Source: the human T2T-CHM13v2.0 reference genome, Homo sapiens. Taken from it: a DNA stretch of 64,000 bases. Under the pieces are notes generated by a model. That model was not told the origin of the DNA and did not search any database. It saw only the letters and a list, made by a program, of their open reading frames with translations. The DNA lies in NCBI RefSeq assembly GCF_009914755.1, contig NC_060928.1. One strand, given 5' to 3'. Positions 42,201-57,623 of this stretch are shown here, piece after piece (within the stretch, counting starts at the first letter, position 1; every line of letters starts with the position of its first letter). The position numbers and the translations under genes are program-made.

Positions 42201-44242
42201 AGTGAGTATTTCCATTCATTATATAATCATGGGGTTGATCGAATCCCTGACTGGGCATCTTTCTCGTCTCCCTGCTGTGAAGTAACATATGGGCCCTCCT
42301 GCTGGTTAAGCACTTGAGTCACCTTCCTCATCTGGAGTCAGCTTTCAGTATAATCTTTTCTTCCTGCAGGCCCTAGAGATTTGGTCTGCTCACCTTTCTT
42401 CTTTCCAGCTGTCACCACCAATTCTCCTTCCTGTGGTTCATCTGCTAGAATTCTGGGGTAGGATACAGATTGTCCTCTTTTCCTCTTGTTATTTCAACAA
42501 CAGCCAGAACAAAAACTTCAAGTTTTTAATGAGGATCTCACTAGCTAGCAACTTCAAGATATAATATAATAATATTAGCAATCACTTCTGTGCTTCACTA
42601 CTAGAAGTTTACTTTGCTATTAAATTTATTATTCATAATTATTTTGGCATATGTACTTATGCCACTTATATGGCAATGAGTAGAGTTTTAGTCTGATTTA
42701 CAATTACAATTTCCTAACCCCTGCTCTTTCTGTAGGCTTGCAAATGCTCCGATTTATCTTCCTATAGCTGATGCTTGAAAGAGAATAAAAGATATTACAG
42801 AAGATCACACATATCAAGATTTACATTTTAAGAAATAAATGAAAGAAGAGATTCCTTGCCTTTAATGAGAATGGCTAATATTTATGGAGTACTTAATATT
42901 CTAAATGCTTTCCATATAAAAGTCATGATGATTATCTACATTTTACTGATGGAGAAATCAAAGCACAGCACCTTTGCAAGGATATGAGTAAGTTATGGAA
43001 ATAAGGTTCAAACACAGGTCTGTATAAGAAATGCATTAAGCTGCTTCTTAAAAACACCATAGAAACACAAATCATGAGTATTATGTAGAGAACAAATTTC
43101 ATTGTTTGTATTTTTTAATCCTGCAATTCCTTTGAATCTCATTAGTTTGTTTTCACATTTGTGGTATTGTTTGATGTTGTTGAAAATGGATCTCATTTTA
43201 CTCTAAAAAGTTTGTAGTTAAATAATAGGTGAATTGCTCTGTAAATGTGAATTTCTAAATTTAGTTATTATGGGGCTAGTGGTTTAGCTAGTTGCTTTTG
43301 AGGTCCTTGGTTTAAATTAGGATTTCTAAGTTTAAACTTCAAAAAACATACACTTGCCTGTTGTCTTCTGGATTCCATGATAAATACAAGCAGATAACAC
43401 CTATGATTAAGCTACAGCTATACAATCAGTTTTACAGTCCTCTTCTTATATATCTTATTAATTGAAATCCCCTTCTTACTGTGGTTAAGTGTATTTTCTT
43501 TAGGTTAAACCCTTAAAATACATCTAACATTCTGAATGAATTAATCATCTCTATAGACATTTTTTTCTGTAGCCTATTTTTGAGGAAAAGAGCAAAAACA
43601 CCCTCTCACATAACCCCCAAAACAAAATTGGCATTGATTTGAGAACCTGTTATTTGTCTTTAATGGACAGTTTTATACAAATGTGTTCAGTAAACTGTGC
43701 ATAGTTCTTTTAACAGAATGGCTTTGTAATCTCAGGAAAGTTTTTTTTTTTCAAGAGAAATGAAGATTATTTGTCCAACAATATGTTCATTTTCCATTAA
43801 AAACACATTATACTGCCTAAAATGTCTCCCCACTAATGATCATAAATTAACTTGAAAAGACTCATGAGTTTATAATATAGGTGACATTGGTCTAACAAGC
43901 TTATCTTTTATCCAACCTCATTAGGCTCTTTAGATAATTTTTTAAACGCTTTGATAAATAGAACAGAACATACAATATGTAATGGGAAATATTTTAAAGG
44001 TCATTAATTAAAACCAAAAATCAATGATGCTACTAAATTCTAAGGCCATTTTTTAGAAAAAGATTATCTTATATATATCTGTTCCAGCATGAGATCATTT
44101 CCCCCTAATTTATGGTGAATTTAGGTTCAAAACCCTATCAGAGGGAAGAAGTTGATAGAGATTAGTCTGTGGCATTTAAAGACTCAAAGTCAAAACACAG
44201 GCTATCCCTGTGGAAGTGTCTGCAAATTGCCAAGCATCCAGA

Positions 44243-44400
44243 GCGGTGCTGACCAATCAGCGTTTTGTAACCATATTTGGCTATTTATTTTTAAATTAAC
44301 TAAAATGAAATAATATTAGAAATTCACTTTTTTAATTGCACTAGACACATTTCAAATTTGTAATAACCATCATCACAGAAAGTCCTACTGGACATCACTG
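44243..44400. mobile_element. MER3/MER33 hAT MITE
   Basis: GTGCTGACCAAT start and CCATCATCACAGAAAGTCCTACTGGACATCACTG end. Confidence 0.7.
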
Positions 44401-44407
44401 ATTCAGA

Positions 44408-44845
<438 letters not shown>

Positions 44846-45692
44846 TTTAGACAGATTCTTAATGTTCATCAAGGTGTTTGGTAACACCTAAAAGTAACAA
44901 TGAGTTATTTTTCCCAAGCCTGGAAAATTGAGATAAAATAAAAATAACTTTATTTTTCATTCAACAAAACTTTAATAAAACTCAATGCACTAGGAACTAG
45001 TTAAACAAAGATGAAGAAAGTGTGATTTCTGACTTGAGAGGATTACAGTCTTGTGGATGAGCTGGAAAAACATCCAGCCATTACACAATGTGGTTTTTAT
45101 TAAAATGATGTTACATACCAAACAAAGTCATTAGCTCTGTCTGAAGGAACTGAGGAAGACCTCAAATAGGAGATGATAGTTGAGCTATTACAGTAACAAA
45201 GTTATTTTTTAAAAATAATATACATTCATAACACAAAATAAAAGGGTCAGTCTCTCCTGATGTCTGTATGAGTAAATTTGAGAATGGCCCTGACTCCAAG
45301 ACAGTATGTCCCATTAACATTCTGTAGCATACCCTTGTGCAGATATTTCCACTGAATACTATTCTAAAGCTATGTACTGGATTTTATGAATATAACTTGA
45401 TCTAGTGTGCAGTTTTTTGGGACAATCTGGACTAGCAACAAGAACTAGTATGACCCATGTGATGCTGGACATAAAGCAATTAAACAGTAAAGAGCCTGAG
45501 CACTCCTAAGCTTGCGCTACCAGGCCATGATTAATGGTGTCACATGGAGAATGTCAAAGGGCCACGGAGTGAGTGGCTCCATCTCCAGTGTGACTCTTGC
45601 AGATTTTCAAATGTCCCTCTCAACTCTGCAGCTTGAGGAGAATGTTGATCATGCCCAAGAGAATGCCGGACTAGGAGAGTAAAAGAACAGAA

Positions 45693-45889
45693 GGCAACAT
45701 GGCGAAACTCCGTCTCTACTAAAAATCCAAAAATTAGCCGGGTATGGAGGCATGCGCCTATAATCCCAGCTATCTAGGAGGCTGAGGCAGGAGAGTCGCT
45801 GGAACCCAGGGGCAGAGGCTGCAGTGAGCCGAGACTGCACCACTGCACTCCAGCCTGGGCAACAGAGCAAGACTGAAAAAAAAAAAAAA
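45693..45889 (+). mobile_element. 5'-truncated Alu
   Basis: Starts at GGCAACATGG; TSD AAAAGAACAGA(A/G)GGC. Confidence 0.9.
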
Positions 45890-46138
45890 GAACAGAGGGC
45901 TCAGGCTGAGAAAACCAGATTATTGTTTCTGAAGACCTTTCAGCGTGGATGTTGTGGGACAGAAGTGCAATATGGCACGCGAGAAATCCTGGGATGGGCT
46001 TGAGGGATCTAGATAGAATCAGCACAGAGACTATCCCTTTAGTAGCCTGGCTAAGTACAGTGATCGGTTTCTTAAGTGATAAGGATTGGAAATTAATTAG
46101 CCATTATAGAATGTAGTATGTAAATATGGATGGGTGTT

Positions 46139-46179
46139 TGTATCAGTCAGGGTTCAGTCAGAGAAGCAGAGCCGTTAGG

Positions 46180-46230
<51 letters not shown>

Positions 46231-47010
46231 TATCCTAATGTAGTTATTTGACTAACCGTTAGAGTTTGTTTATATATATAATTATATATAAAGCAAAATT
46301 ATATATAATATATAATTATATTAATATGTATTATATATAAAAGTATATATTATGTTAATAATATACTATAATTGTATTTTATATAAAATAAACTCCAATG
46401 GTTAGTCTAATAACTACATTAGGATATAGATATCCTATGTAGTAATATATAATTATATAATATATATTATATATTATATGTAATATATAATTATATATTA
46501 TATAATAATATATAATTATATATTATATATTATATATTATATTATATATCTAATATAATAATATATATAATATAATATATAATATATAATTATATATTAT
46601 ATATTATATATTAATTAATAGATATTAATATAATATATAATATATATAATATATATAATATAATATATAATATATAATATATATTATATATAAAACAAAA
46701 TATATACATATCTGTAATAATCAGATATTTGCTACGGGGATTTAATTTTATGCAATGCTGGGAGCTGGTAAACCAGTCTCCGTAAACATGTCACCCTTGT
46801 GTCTGATGTTAAGAGTTTGAAGTCTGCCGAGCAGGTAGTAGGGAATGGAAGACAGATGGTAAGTGGAGGAGAGCAAGAACAAGCTGTAACCCACAGTATG
46901 AGCTCAAGCACATGAGGATAGACAGAAACCTACGTCAGTTCTGTCTCTGACCCGGAGGGTCTTGTGGAAGCTATGACCCATTATGATGGAGCTGAACACA
47001 TACCCGGACC
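46139..47010 (-). mobile_element. MLT2E/F-like LTR containing an expanded AT-rich tract
   Basis: TGTATCAGTCAGGGTTCAGTCAGAGAAGCAGAG start; resumes at ~46720 with GATATTTGCTACGGGGATTT...GGGAGCTGG. Confidence 0.6.
46181..46712. repeat. (TA)n microsatellite and AT-rich low-complexity region with internal inverted repeats
   Basis: Directly visible; see findings. Confidence 0.95.
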
Positions 47011-47184
47011 ATGGGAATGAAGCTGAATCTTCTTTGGCTGTGTGATGAATTTGCCCCTGGGCCATGATATATTATGACTGACTGCGAGGCTTCTGAGAGC
47101 ACTATCCACTATACAAAGCTTAGCACACATGTCAGCACATATTCATCTCTTATTCAATATTTGTTGAAAGAATAATAAAATAAA

Positions 47185-47325
47185 GTGTGTGTGTGTGTAT
47201 ATGTGTGAGAGAGAGAGAGGGAGGGAGAGAGAGAGAGAGAGACAGAGGGAGAGAAAGAGAAAGAGAGAAGAAAGAAAGAAGAAAGATAGCAAAGAAAAGG
47301 AGAAGGGAAGGAAAAAGAAAGAAAT
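47185..47325. repeat. (GT)n(GA)n / purine-rich low-complexity tract
   Basis: Directly visible. Confidence 0.9.
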
Positions 47326-47689
47326 GTACAAGGTCACTAAATCATCCAAAGACAAATCTTGGGCTAAAATCCAGGTAATTTAGACATTTTCTTAAGAAAT
47401 CAAATAAAACAACACATCAACACATATATTTTGTTGACATATACTTGATAATATATAATATAAAAATATCAGAAATATCCAATAGTTCATTACATTATGG
47501 TGTATAAAAGTAATATTTATGAGAGAAAAATTAATGCTTTGTTCTTCAAAAACATGTTATTCAAAGAACATTTTCATGGATTCGTAGGGTTTCCATGAAT
47601 ATTTGATTTTGATAGTTTTGATGTGTTGTTTTTCTTTGTTCAGTGATCAAATATAATCTACATTAAGTGTCAGGAATGATTACTTTGCA

Positions 47690-48148
47690 GTCTCTGGAGC
47701 TCCAGGGGTCTATGGACAGAATTCAAGTGGCCCATGAACTTAGATAGGCAAAAAAGGACCAATTTTCTCCACTAATTTCTAACTGTAATAAAACATTTCC
47801 TTCAATTATGAATACAGCATAGGCAACAGACCACAATAGTATCAGCCTGTCACATACATTTTCATATCATATTATTGTTGTTGCAGATGTCTCAAAAAAT
47901 GTATACACTATCAGCTCAAAATCATAGTAGTTATTAGATTAACCACCACATTTTGTTACTGATATGTTAATTAAACACACGGATTAGTCTAATACATTTG
48001 TCATTTTAAATCTCTTGATAACTATATTTCAATATAGTTTCCTTTCTAAATCTAGTGTTTTATTTTATGCATTTAAAAACATTATTATGAAAAAAGGCCC
48101 ATACGTTGTCAAAGAGTCCCATGAGCACACAAAAGATTAAGAAACCCC
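47690..48148 (+). mobile_element. Charlie4a-like hAT element
   Basis: GGGGTCTATGGACAGAATTCAAG..CCATGAACTTAGAT...TTTTATGCATTTAAAAACATTATT...AAAGATTAAGAAACCCC. Confidence 0.75.
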
Positions 48149-48729
48149 GCCTTTCATAAGGACAAAATGTCTCCCTTCATTGCAGTATTTTTTTCTGATT
48201 AGTATTCTAGAGATGCCAATGACAAATAATGGTGCTTACAGGCATTGTACACAAGGTGGCAGCACATTATTGTTTCATTTCCAAAAATCAAATTTCCTCA
48301 TTCCTGGCCATAACTGGATGCTAAGTGTAAACACTAAGATAAGGTAATACATTTTTAGAAAATAGATTTTGATATTTTTCAGCCTTCTAGTTTATATTAA
48401 TATCCTCTTTTCTGTGCAATATATAGCACACATAAGATGTTTCTATTTAATAAACAATTTTCTCAGTTTGAGACACACAAAAAGAAATTAAATTATGTTC
48501 AGAACTATTCCTCAATATGTTTTCTAAATACAGTCCTCCCACCTCCCCCCCCCCAAAACAACCACCAAAATTCTTATGAAGAAAGACTTTTTATAAATTA
48601 CCCTTTGGGTAATTTATGAATTACATAAAACTTCACCCCCAATATATACCATACTCTCTCTAATTAAAATTTGTGATGTTTTAATTGAAAAAGGAAAGGA
48701 GGGGTGGTAGAGCTGACTAAAGGATTGTT

Positions 48730-49203
48730 GGTGCAACAGATTACAAAATGGCTCTAATTCCTCATTCCTCCCATGAAAAGGCACAGTTTATTTCTCCATC
48801 TCTTGAATTTGAATTGTTCTTGGGACTTGCTCTGGCCAGTAGAATGTGTTTCCTTTTGCTGTCTGCTTTCAGGACTGGGCACTGAGCTTACTTGTATTTG
48901 CATCTCATGAGAGGACATGCCTGAGTTAGTCTGCTGGAAGGATGTGACATATACATGGTGTATGAGACCTGTTAAGATAAGCTGGATTCTCCAAGCCAGA
49001 TAAAACTTAGAAAAATGAGATCCCCACCAATAGTCAGTCTACACCCAGACAAATGGGAGAGGCCAGTTGAGGCCAGAAGAATCACCCAGCCTAAGTCTCT
49101 GAACTGCAGCTGATTCCAGATGTATGAGCAATAAATACACTGTTTTTAGCCATTGAGTTTTGTCATGCTGTTTTTGTCCAGCATTATTTGTAGAATAGGT
49201 AAT
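48730..49203 (+). mobile_element. Old MLT1 (G/H-like) LTR
   Basis: CAGATTACAAAATGGC...GACTTGCTCTGGCCAGTAGAATGTG...AATAAATACACTGTTTTTAGCCATTGAGTTTTG. Confidence 0.65.
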
Positions 49204-49389
49204 GTTTGTAAGGTCTTCTTTATTTCTAACTCTGTACAAGTGCATGACTGGTCCAGATATCTTTCAGCAAAATGTACCTGTAACCTAGCATTCCATTGAA
49301 TCAAGTATTTTGGCATACATAACATTTACTGAGTGTTTCTATCCACTTAGTAGATCTAGTTCTGACTTAAGGTATAGGAAGTCAAGGTC

Positions 49390-49440
49390 GAGGAAGAAAT
49401 TGGGTTTTGGGAGTTAGAGGAAGAAATTGGGTTTTGGGAG
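49390..49440. repeat. Perfect 24-bp direct repeat
   Basis: GAGGAAGAAATTGGGTTTTGGGAG at 49390-49413 and 49417-49440. Confidence 0.9.
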
Positions 49441-49447
49441 AGGAATG

Positions 49448-49838
49448 TGTTATAAGCTAAATGTCTGTAGCTCCACCCACCTCCCCAAATTTATATGTTG
49501 AAGCCTTTAACCCCCAATATGATAGTATTTGGAGATGAGGCTTTTGGAAGGTGATTTGTTTTAGATGAGGTCTCGAGGGTGGTGCCCCATAGCCCTTATA
49601 AATAGAGACACCAGAGAGAGTTCTCTCTCCCTTGTGCACAGAGAAGAGGTCATGTGAGTACACAGTGAGAAGGTGGCTACCTCTATACAAGCCAGGAGAA
49701 GAGGCATCAGAATAAAGCCTACCTTCCTGACCTTGATTTTGGACCTCCTAGTCTCTGGAACTGTGAGAAATAAATTTCTATTGTTGACGCTACCAAACCT
49801 GGGATATTTTGTGATGGCATCCAGAGCTCACTAATACA
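49448..49838 (+). mobile_element. MLT1A LTR
   Basis: TGTTATAAGCTAAATGT..CCCCAAATTTATATGTTGAAGCC...CTAATACA; TSD GAATG/GAACG. Confidence 0.88.
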
Positions 49839-49869
49839 GAACGGAAAGACAAAGTAAGGGAAAAGTGAT

Positions 49870-50100
49870 AACGAACAACTATTCAGTGTTTTCCAGCATT
49901 CTAAAGATTTTAATATAATTTCATTTAATTTCTTACAACTAAGTGAGGTAGATACTATTACCAACAACCTCATTTTACTTACAGATGAAAAATGACAAAG
50001 AAAGGCTAAATAACACGTCCAAGGCTTCATGGCTAATAAGTGGCAAAGTCAGAATTTGAATCAAAGATAATCTATCTCTAGAAGCTGTGTTTTTAACTGT
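49870..50100 (-). mobile_element. MIR
   Basis: TCATTTAATTTCTTACAAC..TGAGGTAGATACTATT...AAGTGGCAAAGTCAGAATTTGAA. Confidence 0.75.
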
Positions 50101-51603
50101 TATTTCATACTGCTAGGAAATGAGCAGTGGCAAACAAAGACAGGAAGAGAAAAACTCAGTGATAAACACTGTGTTGTCTGGTACATTACACACTGCCATG
50201 AAGTATGCCAAAGTAGTATGGCATGCTGCTTTGTTGAAGATATGAGGAGACATGTTTTACTGTATATAATAAAGCAACATTCTACGTACACTTGCAGGCT
50301 TGAATAAGAAGACATTTAAAAACATTTATCCAGCATTGTTTCATATCAAATACATATAGGATGGATGTACAAATTGCCTATGTTATTAGTTCTACCTACA
50401 AGGTGGCAGAATAACTTGATAATTAGGCCTGCTATACTTAATTGGCCAGGTAGAACATCTGAAATATGGGAAAATGATTTTCCCTGGCTAGACAAGGAGT
50501 TGCTGTTCTCTTCATTTAAGCAAGAAGCTACCATAAAATTCTGCCTCACTCTGACAGACTAGCTGGAGGAGAGAAGCCTCCCTGAGCAAACTGACCACCC
50601 CACTGAAAGTACCCTTCTGCTCCTGAGTGTGTAGAAGACAAATAAGAAAATTTCCAGTTTATTTGGAGGTGCGAAGAAGGTCTGAGAATTGAGAGCCTCT
50701 GTGCCTTCCAGAAGGTCCTTGTTTTCAGGAAGAGAGTGGATGCTATTGTGAGATTGCACGGTGATTTGATAATATGGTAAATTTTCAGCAGATTAGAGCC
50801 CCAGTATGAGACAAGGGAAAGAACAAGGGTTGGGGAGTGGGGAAAAGGGGGAGACCATGAACTGAGGGTGCAAGAGAATAGTCTATGGCCACATCAGCCT
50901 TAGGTGCTTCAGCAGCCAACATAGTCAAGACAGAGACCTCCCAAGATGAGGTGGGACAAGCTCCAGCTTAGAGAAGGGCCAGCAAAGATGACATGCCAAT
51001 GCAGATATTAGATGGGCACCCACACACGTATTACGTATTCTCCCTAGATCTAAACCCCTTTCTGGGGAGAACAATGGAAGGGGAGGACAAGTAAGAGATG
51101 ATGTTGTCCAGATATGAAGTTTGGAGTTTGAATGGACTAACTGAGTTCCCAAGAGGTTAAGAGTTATGCAGAAAGTGACTACATTGCCTTTAATTGGCAA
51201 GTTCAATGAGTCATTTTCTGCATCTCCTTCCCACATCCAACCAAATAAAAGATGTATGAGCAAGCTGAGCTTAGTTGTAAACAAGAGAAATTTCTGACCT
51301 TATTTGTTGTAACTATAAAAAATAAAGCTGCCATATATCCAAAACACAATCCACTTTCCTACCAAGTGTTCAGTCTGCTATATACCCTGCAACATTAATC
51401 TGTTTTGTTTGTTTTCACAAATTCTTTCTGATATTTGCTTTATACAATATTGACAGAAATTCTGATCAGAGGAAAAGAAGTGTTGACATAGTTTTATACA
51501 CACGTCAATCATCATTTTGAGAAGGTACTAACATACCTATATTATGAATATGAAAAAATATTTTTCTAAACTGCAATTAGAAGATACTAAATATTAATGC
51601 ATT

Positions 51604-52055
51604 TGTATTAGTTATTGCTGCATAACAAATCACTCAAAACAAAATGAGTGAAAACGATAATAATTATTTATTATCTCACAGTTTCAGCGGGTCAAGCATT
51701 CAAAGAGAGCACAGTTGGCAGGGTCTGTCTCTGCTCTATAAGGTCTGGGGCCTCAGCTGGATGATTTGAAGGCTGAAGGGCTGAAATTGTCAAGGGCATG
51801 ACTTGAGCTGGAGGGTATACTTCCAACGTGACTCTCTCACATGACTGACAAGTTGCTTGCTCTACAGGGCTGCCTGAGTGTGCTCATGACATGTCAGCTG
51901 CTTTTCTCCAGAGTGAATGATCCAACAGTTTAAAGCAGAAGCTGCAATAATTTTTAGGACCTATCTTAAGAAGTCTTATACTGTCACTTCTTCAGGATTC
52001 CACTTGTCACATAGGCCAGCCTGATTCTGTGTCGGTGGAGACTACACAAGGATAT
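51604..52055 (-). mobile_element. MLT1 (F/G/H-like) LTR, partial
   Basis: TGTATTAGTTATTGCTGCATAACAAATCAC start. Confidence 0.7.
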
Positions 52056-53313
<1,258 letters not shown>

Positions 53314-53439
53314 TAATTATTACATAACTTTGAAAAGTATTACTTATGGCTTTAAAATACAATATTGAAATTAAAACCTCATACAATTGTTAGCATTTTG
53401 TTTTTATTAGATGGAGAATAATAATAATGATGATGATAA

Positions 53440-53650
53440 AATAATACCTATCATTATTGAGTTCCTGATACATGCTGGGCACTGTACTAAGCTCTTTATA
53501 GAACATTTCTAATTTTGAAATATGAAAGATCAATGATTCTTAAAAATCATTTTACAGATGAAGAAATAAGTTCAGAGAAGCTAAATGATTTGAGTAAGTT
53601 CACATAATAACAGTAGGTACAGCAAGAGTTTGAATATACTTTGGTCAAGT
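53440..53650 (-). mobile_element. MIR
   Basis: TTATTGAG..ATGCTGGGCACTGTACTAAG...CATTTTACAGATGAAGAAA. Confidence 0.75.
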
Positions 53651-55284
53651 GTTGGAATATGTGGTTTCCTGTCCCATCACTAACTATCCATCATCTAATA
53701 TAATGAATTCAATGCTCATGACCTAGGTTTTCACATCGTCATTTCTTGACTACAGGTTCTTTAACTGTATGATTCTGAAAGAGTAGAGAATCACAGCTAT
53801 TCATGTAATTTATTCCCAACCTATAGATGGCACTTTTGTGCAACTGGAAGCTCAATATATGTAAGATACTTCAATTCTAAACTTATACCAAAAATAATTG
53901 TCATGTCAGAAAACTAAATCCTCACCCATTTAAACAGCTTACCGTTGTTCTTGGGTATATTAAAGTAAAATAAGAGAAACAGTCCCATATAAAGATTGTC
54001 TAAATAAATTCTGATGTAGTCACATAAGCCACCCACTGAGACAACATAAAAGAAGATCCTTTAGATTTAGGGATATCTTCAATTTACCAAACATCTACAA
54101 TGGTCCATTTTGTGAAATACCAAAGTCCTATCTAAGGGCAAGGATAGGAATCCTCTCTACTACCTTTTATCCCCTCTTATTTCATTCTATTTTTATACAG
54201 TCTTTTCAGTAACGAATATTCACCTCATTTTTCTTAGTCGACCATCTTAAATAGCTCATTGGCACAACACTCCTGGAGAGTTATTTTAATTTTAAATGGC
54301 CCTATTATGTTCCCATACGTAATCCCATATCTAAAGTAGTACCATATGGTTCCAGGAGATGTTCCTGGCGGTATCCTGGAGGGATTATTACAGCGAAAAG
54401 TGGGCTCAGAGTTAACCTTTTGAAGATGGATGCAACAAATAAAACTGATCTGCATCATAGTGGGAGAAATTAATGCTATGGGTAAAGGGCATTATGAAAC
54501 AATGAGTCATTTACTCCTGTGTTCCTGTGTAACTAAACGAGGGAATACTTTATCTACCAAATTTTAAATAAAATTTCATAGACAGTCTCTCCTCTTTATT
54601 CTCTTGATCTTTGCCGATCCACTTAACAGATAATGTCTTTAAAGGATCTGTATTTCACTTTTGTCCAGCTTTTCTGGCTATTCATCACTTTCAGGCACAG
54701 ATTATTTCATCTGTACATTTATTTATTAATACAGTCAAGAACAGTCAAGAAATACAGAATGAAGACCTTCTACATATAAAGACCTACATTAGGTATTGGT
54801 ACAAGGTCAGGGCTTCAAAGATTAATTTGGCATAACTCCCTTCCCTCAGGGGTCCATGGCTAATTTGTGGCATGGATGCCATTATTTAACTTTGCGCCGT
54901 GGTGACATTGAACCACAAAACTCTTTCCAATGACTGCAAAACCCTTCTTAACGTGGCATTCATAGCAGCTACTACCAAAATGAGGTTTGCAGAGGAAAAA
55001 AATAGAAACATTCAGATAATTGTCACCTGTTAGAGATATAAGCACTACCATGTCTTTGAGAGGAAAAAAGCCATAGTCCTCATCTTCATAGACCTTCTGT
55101 CTCAATGCGAGTTATAGTTCCAACTGTCAAAGAGGAAGACTACTCGAACTCTCAGTAAGACAAGCTACAATATGCTCACATATAGGAGAAAGCCTTAAAA
55201 ACACTGAAAGAGGCAAACAAACGCAAATGGTTAAAATGCTATATTTGTCTTACACTCAACAGAAGCCATAAGAAAGGGGGTTAA

Positions 55285-55490
55285 TAATTTATGGGTGCCT
55301 AGAATGTGCCAGGACCTTGCTAAATTTTTCACATATATTTTATCATTTAATCCTCTCAATGACTGTATGAGACAGGAATATCCCTCAAACAGGTTAGGTG
55401 GCTTTTCCTATTACACATTTGATAAGTGATGGGGGTTATATTTCAGAACCAATCTTGGGTAATTCCCAAAGCCTATCTCTCTGCACTACA
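55285..55490 (-). mobile_element. MIR
   Basis: ATGTGCCAGG..TGCTAA...TCATTTAATCCTCTCAAT. Confidence 0.65.
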
Positions 55491-57059
55491 TTGAGTGGTC
55501 ATATTAATCGGGTAAACTTTCTACTTTTAGAATTTGAGAAACCCAAATTGGGTTGGAAAAACAAGATACACATTGTGTTCAAGTACATTGGTTGAGGTGC
55601 TGGAGAAGCTAAGTTTCAGCATTAATGCTTTTTCAGTTACATCCTCTACACAGAAATGGGTGCACAAGATGTGCTCAAGATTCACTGATTTCTTTCCAGC
55701 TCAAATTTACAATATAAACAATTCCAGCTCTCAAATGTCTATGATGTACAAAATATCTAGTCTTTGACTAAAAAGGGACACAATTTAAACTTCTCATATG
55801 TTAAGATAGCTACCTCTTGAAAGGTACGATAGTTTAATGGGGTAAACTTAATGGTATTGAAATCAGGTAAAATCTTCCTTAACCACTTGATAACTATGGG
55901 ACGTTAGACAAATCACTTAATATATTTGGGAAAAAAGAATAAGCAAAGCCTAATTTTTCTTCCTATCTAGGAAGACGTTTTCCTGTATCTTCTTTATTTG
56001 ATACTGGGGAGGAAGGAAATTTGAGCTGACACCCAAGGGAAAGGGAAGAAAACAAAACATTTATTTATTTACTCCTTCATTTGATTATTCATCCAACAGA
56101 TATTTATTGTAGATTGTATACAATCATAGGTATATGTCTTACATAACTAAAATGTATGTATGTACACACCAAAAAACCTGTATGCAATTGTTCATAGTAG
56201 CATTATTCATAATAGCCAAGAGTGGAAACAACCCAAATACCCACTGAATGGATGTATAAAGTGTGATATAGCCATACACAATGGCTAACAATGTGCCAGC
56301 CACCATGGTGTTTGCATGTGTTACTCACTAATTCCTGTTGGAAGGCCTTAGGAAAGGGTTTTTTATCCTCATGTTATACATGAGAAAACAGAGAATGTGA
56401 AAGGATAAATGACTGTGGGCAGAAAAAACAATGGACTAGGGGTCAGGAAACTTGGATTCTAGATGCACCTTTTTACTAATACACTATGGAATGTGAGAAA
56501 ATTCTCTGTAACAAGTTTTATGTTTTAGAGAAAGAGAGACCTGAAACATGTGACCTTGAAGGCAGCATAACTCCCTTTTTGCTACTTGAGTGATGAGTCC
56601 AACTCTTGCATTTGCCTTGGCTTTTTTTTTCTCCTTACATTTAATTTATATTCTTTTTTCCTCTATTTTATTTTACTATTATTGCTATTGGATTAATCTA
56701 ATCTGAAGTTTTAAAGTAGAGATAAGAAATGTAGGATATTTGAGTCAATGAAAAAGGTCTCATTACCTTTGGACCAGAATGCAAATACAGTGTAGGCAGG
56801 AACATGCTTCACGTTTAACTTCGGATTCTCCTATAACATAATGTTCTTATTGCTGCTGCTGCTAAATTTAGGGAGAACTATGCCTAATGGGAATTCCAAA
56901 TTTATCTAGTTTAGGAAATAATTCTTTTTCTTATATAAATTACTGAGTTGACAATATGAACCAAAAGAAGAGCCATTAATAATATTTCAGAAACTGGTAC
57001 TGAGAATAGTCTTATTTCATATATATATTATATATATATATAATATATATTTATATAAT

Positions 57060-57623
57060 AGGTTCAGATTAATTAAATACCATAAAATTCATGCTTTAGA
57101 AGTGCATACTACCATGGTTTTAGATATTCACAGAGTTGTGCAACCACCACCACTATCTATTAGTAATCGCTCCCCATTCATCTTTCCCCCAGCCTCTGGC
57201 AACCACTCAGTACTTTCAGTCTCTATAGATTTGCCTGCCATGGACCATTCATATAAATGCAATCATACATTATGTGGATTTTTGGAATTGGCCTCTTTCA
57301 CTTGGCATAACGTATTCAAAGTTCATCCATGCTGTAGGAGGTATTGGTACTTCATTCCTTTTTGTTGCTGAATAATATTTCATTGTATGGCTATATCATA
57401 CTTTATGGATGCATTCAGTGGACATTTGGGTTCTTTCCACTCTTGGCTATTATAAGTAATGATACGATGAACAATTGTGTACAGGTTTTGTGGTGTGTAC
57501 TTACATACATTTTAATTATTTCTGACATATACCTAGGAGTGAATTCTTGGATCATAGGATAATTTCATGTTTAATTTTTTGAGGAACTGCTAAACTCTTT
57601 TCCAATGTGACTGCATCACTTTG
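57060..57623 (-). mobile_element. L1MB-like 3' fragment
   Basis: TACCATAAAATTCA..TTCACAGAGTTGTGCAACCACCACCACTATC...CCAGCCTCTGGCAACCACT...GAGGAACTGC. Confidence 0.85.

Noticed and set aside
45400-46130. Possible processed pseudogene or ERV-internal sequence around the truncated Alu
   Set aside because: The frame I translated gave stops and no recognisable motif; it cannot be assigned without a search.
47143-47383. Arg/Glu/Lys-rich ORFs
   Set aside because: Translations of GA/GT microsatellite and purine-rich low-complexity DNA.
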